A stretch of 63,011 bases of DNA, filler included, from Octopus bimaculoides (Eukaryota): assembly GCF_001194135.2 (NCBI RefSeq). It is 6 parts of 5 records of this genome, joined end to end, with 100 filler letters (N's around TTAATTAATTAA, not from the genome) between each part and the next. Parts side by side here need not be neighbours in the genome. Positions count along the whole stretch, not along the records: positions 60,984 to 63,011 come from NW_026317626.1; 5 more parts are not named here. The stretch is one strand, 5' to 3'. The position numbers were made by a program, and so were the translations under genes. Below the pieces are notes generated by a model that was not told the DNA's origin, did not search any database, and saw only the letters and a program-made list of their open reading frames with translations. Positions within the stretch are counted from its first letter, which is position 1, and the number at the start of each line of letters is the position of its first letter. Of this stretch, positions 60,984-63,011 are shown in pieces.

Positions 60984-61430
60984 AGCGCTACAGATCTTTG
61001 AATAAATTTCTTACCGGTCAAGAGTATCTGGCGCTGCCGATTTCTGAGCAGGGGACAAAAGCTCGGATCTTTGGGTTTCCGGTCCTCTCTGTCTTGCTCT
61101 ATAGTTGTAAGACCTGGATACTGTCCGAGACCCTTAGAAGCCGCCTGAATTCCTTTGGTTCTAGGACACTTTGCAGGATTAGGGATTACAATTGGTTGGC
61201 TTTCGTACCCAATTACCTCAGGCTGGTTAATCATGCTGCATTGCAAGACTTGGACACTGTCGGAGCGCTTAAGAGCCCTCTGGACGGCTTTGGCTCAAGG
61301 AAGTTTCGCAAAATTATGGGTTACCATCGGTTGGGCTTCATATCCAGCCAACAACTACACACACAAACTGGGAAGCGTTCTGTTACTTGTATGATTCGGG
61401 AGTGCCAGTTCAGACTGTTATTTCCTATTT
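60984..61430 (+). mobile_element. RTE-clade LINE ORF2 C-terminal fragment, two diverged segments joined
   Basis: TKARIF..VLSVLLYSCKTWILSETLRSRLNSFGSRTLCRI and CKTWTLSE..LDGFGSRKFRKIMGY..VTCMIRECQFRL. Confidence 0.78.
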
Positions 61431-62031
61431 GCTTCTGTCTAGAAATCAAAGGAAATGACTGCTATTCCCTTCAAACTTTGCTTTTGTCACCCAGACATCA
61501 ATGATTTAAAACTGGCCTATTTTCCATTACATTTCAAACAGATTCAGCACTGAGTTGCTAAAGCACAAATATCGTTATAGCAAATATGCTGCTCAATTCC
61601 ACAGATTTACTGTCAGCTAGTTTTTTTTTTAACTTAACCACTTGGGATTCTCATTTAGTGGCTGACAATACGCGCATCACTGATGGTCTGCAGATATAGC
61701 GAGGGAGCATCATAGCCATGTGTTGAGAGGGATTGTCTTTACGTTCTGAGCTCAAATTTCGCCAGGATTGGTTTCGTCTTTCATCTTTTCGAGGTCAATA
61801 ATTTAAGTACCAGTTGAACACTGAGGTCGGTGTAAGCGATTTCCCTTCCCCGAAAATTGCTGGCCGTGTGTCAAAATTAGAAACCAATATTATAAATCTC
61901 AAAGAAAAGTTGTCTCCAACTGACGCATATGAGAGAGTGGAAATGCGAGACAATTTCTCATTCAGTCTGAATAAAAATAACCTATATCTACTGAGACTTG
62001 ATATACAACACTACAGACTTGTTCGAGTCGT

Positions 62032-62200
62032 AGGCGTGGCTGTGTGGTAAGACGCTTGCTTACCAAGCAGAAAGTTCCGGGTTGAGTACCACTTGTAGAC
62101 ACCTAGAGCAAGGGTCTTCTACTATATCCCCGGATCAATCTTGTGAGGGGATTCAGCAGAAGGAAACTGAAATGCCCGTTGTTTATGTGTGTGTGTGCTT
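62032..62200 (+). mobile_element. SINE family B relic
   Basis: GGCGTGGCTGTGTGGTAAGACGCTTGCTTACC...GAGCAAGGGTCTTCTACTATA. Confidence 0.7.
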
Positions 62201-62241
62201 GTATATATATATATATATATATACATACATATATATATATA

Positions 62242-62286
<45 letters not shown>

Positions 62287-63011
62287 ATATATGTATGTGT
62301 ATATATATATATATATATATGTATGTCTGTACATATGTATGAATGAGTGAATGTGTAGATAAATATATATAACTCTTCGAAACGCCAGTGTTATAATGGT
62401 GACAGCTGATGAAGGATATGTTCTCTATGTGGCCTGCTTGTTTTTNNNNNNNNNNNNNNNNNNNNNNNNNNNNNNNNNNNNNNNNNNNNNNNNNNNNNNN
62501 NNNNNNNNNNNNNNNNNNNNNNNNNNNNNNNNNNNNNNNNNNNNNNNNNNNNNNNNNNNNNNNNNNNNNNNNNNNNNNNNNNNNNNNNNNNNNNNNNNNN
62601 NNNNNNNNNNNNNNNNNNNNNNGACCTTGTCCGGGTGTGACTTATTACGCCTTCTACGATAAGTCTTGCTAGGTGAAAATCAACTAAAAAAGAAAGCCTT
62701 ACAACGGAAAAACCCTTATGATGTAAATATGTTCATAATTCAAAAGACGATGAAATTAATAGGGAAAGTCTGAAGGCGTAACATTATTAAGCGTACGTAA
62801 ATTTCATCCGTCTAATTGGCTGTAAAAATGCTTGCGCAAAACAACTTTTTGCGCTGCCCTGATTATATATATAGCAGGGTAATCCCTTTTAGTAGGAGGT
62901 AGGATGGCAATTTCTGATGAAGCAATTGCTGGCGATCTGTTGCTATACAGTTTTGCCAGAATTCTATCAGATTAGGCAGAAGATGTTGATGCACCATTTT
63001 GCATTATGTTC

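Overview
AT-rich, microsatellite-saturated, gap-riddled eukaryotic DNA. The SINE repertoire and assembly style point to an octopus (coleoid cephalopod) draft genome; this is an inference. No host protein-coding gene can be supported: nearly all listed ORFs are microsatellite, gap or transposon shadows. The window holds (i) a ~11 kb tRNA-Arg(ACG) array (35.2-46.5 kb, minus strand) with 8 intact or near-intact genes and about 25 decayed copies, arranged as a higher-order repeat of ~250-bp monomers; (ii) many mobile elements: tRNA-derived SINEs, mariner/Tc1, hAT, a decayed Ty3/Gypsy with LTR, RLE-type (Dong/R4-like), RTE and Tx1 LINE fragments, a Helentron-type HINE and at least three coding Penelope-like elements; (iii) at least nine minimal type-I hammerhead ribozyme motifs or candidates with mostly palindromic stem III, of several families. 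The best new-system candidate is a non-coding, greater-than-unit-length retrozyme-like element at 48085-48508: two hammerheads in direct repeat whose predicted cleavage sites lie exactly 295 nt apart, i.e. a candidate circular-RNA-producing retroelement. TTAATTAATTAA islands inside N-runs are assembly linkers.
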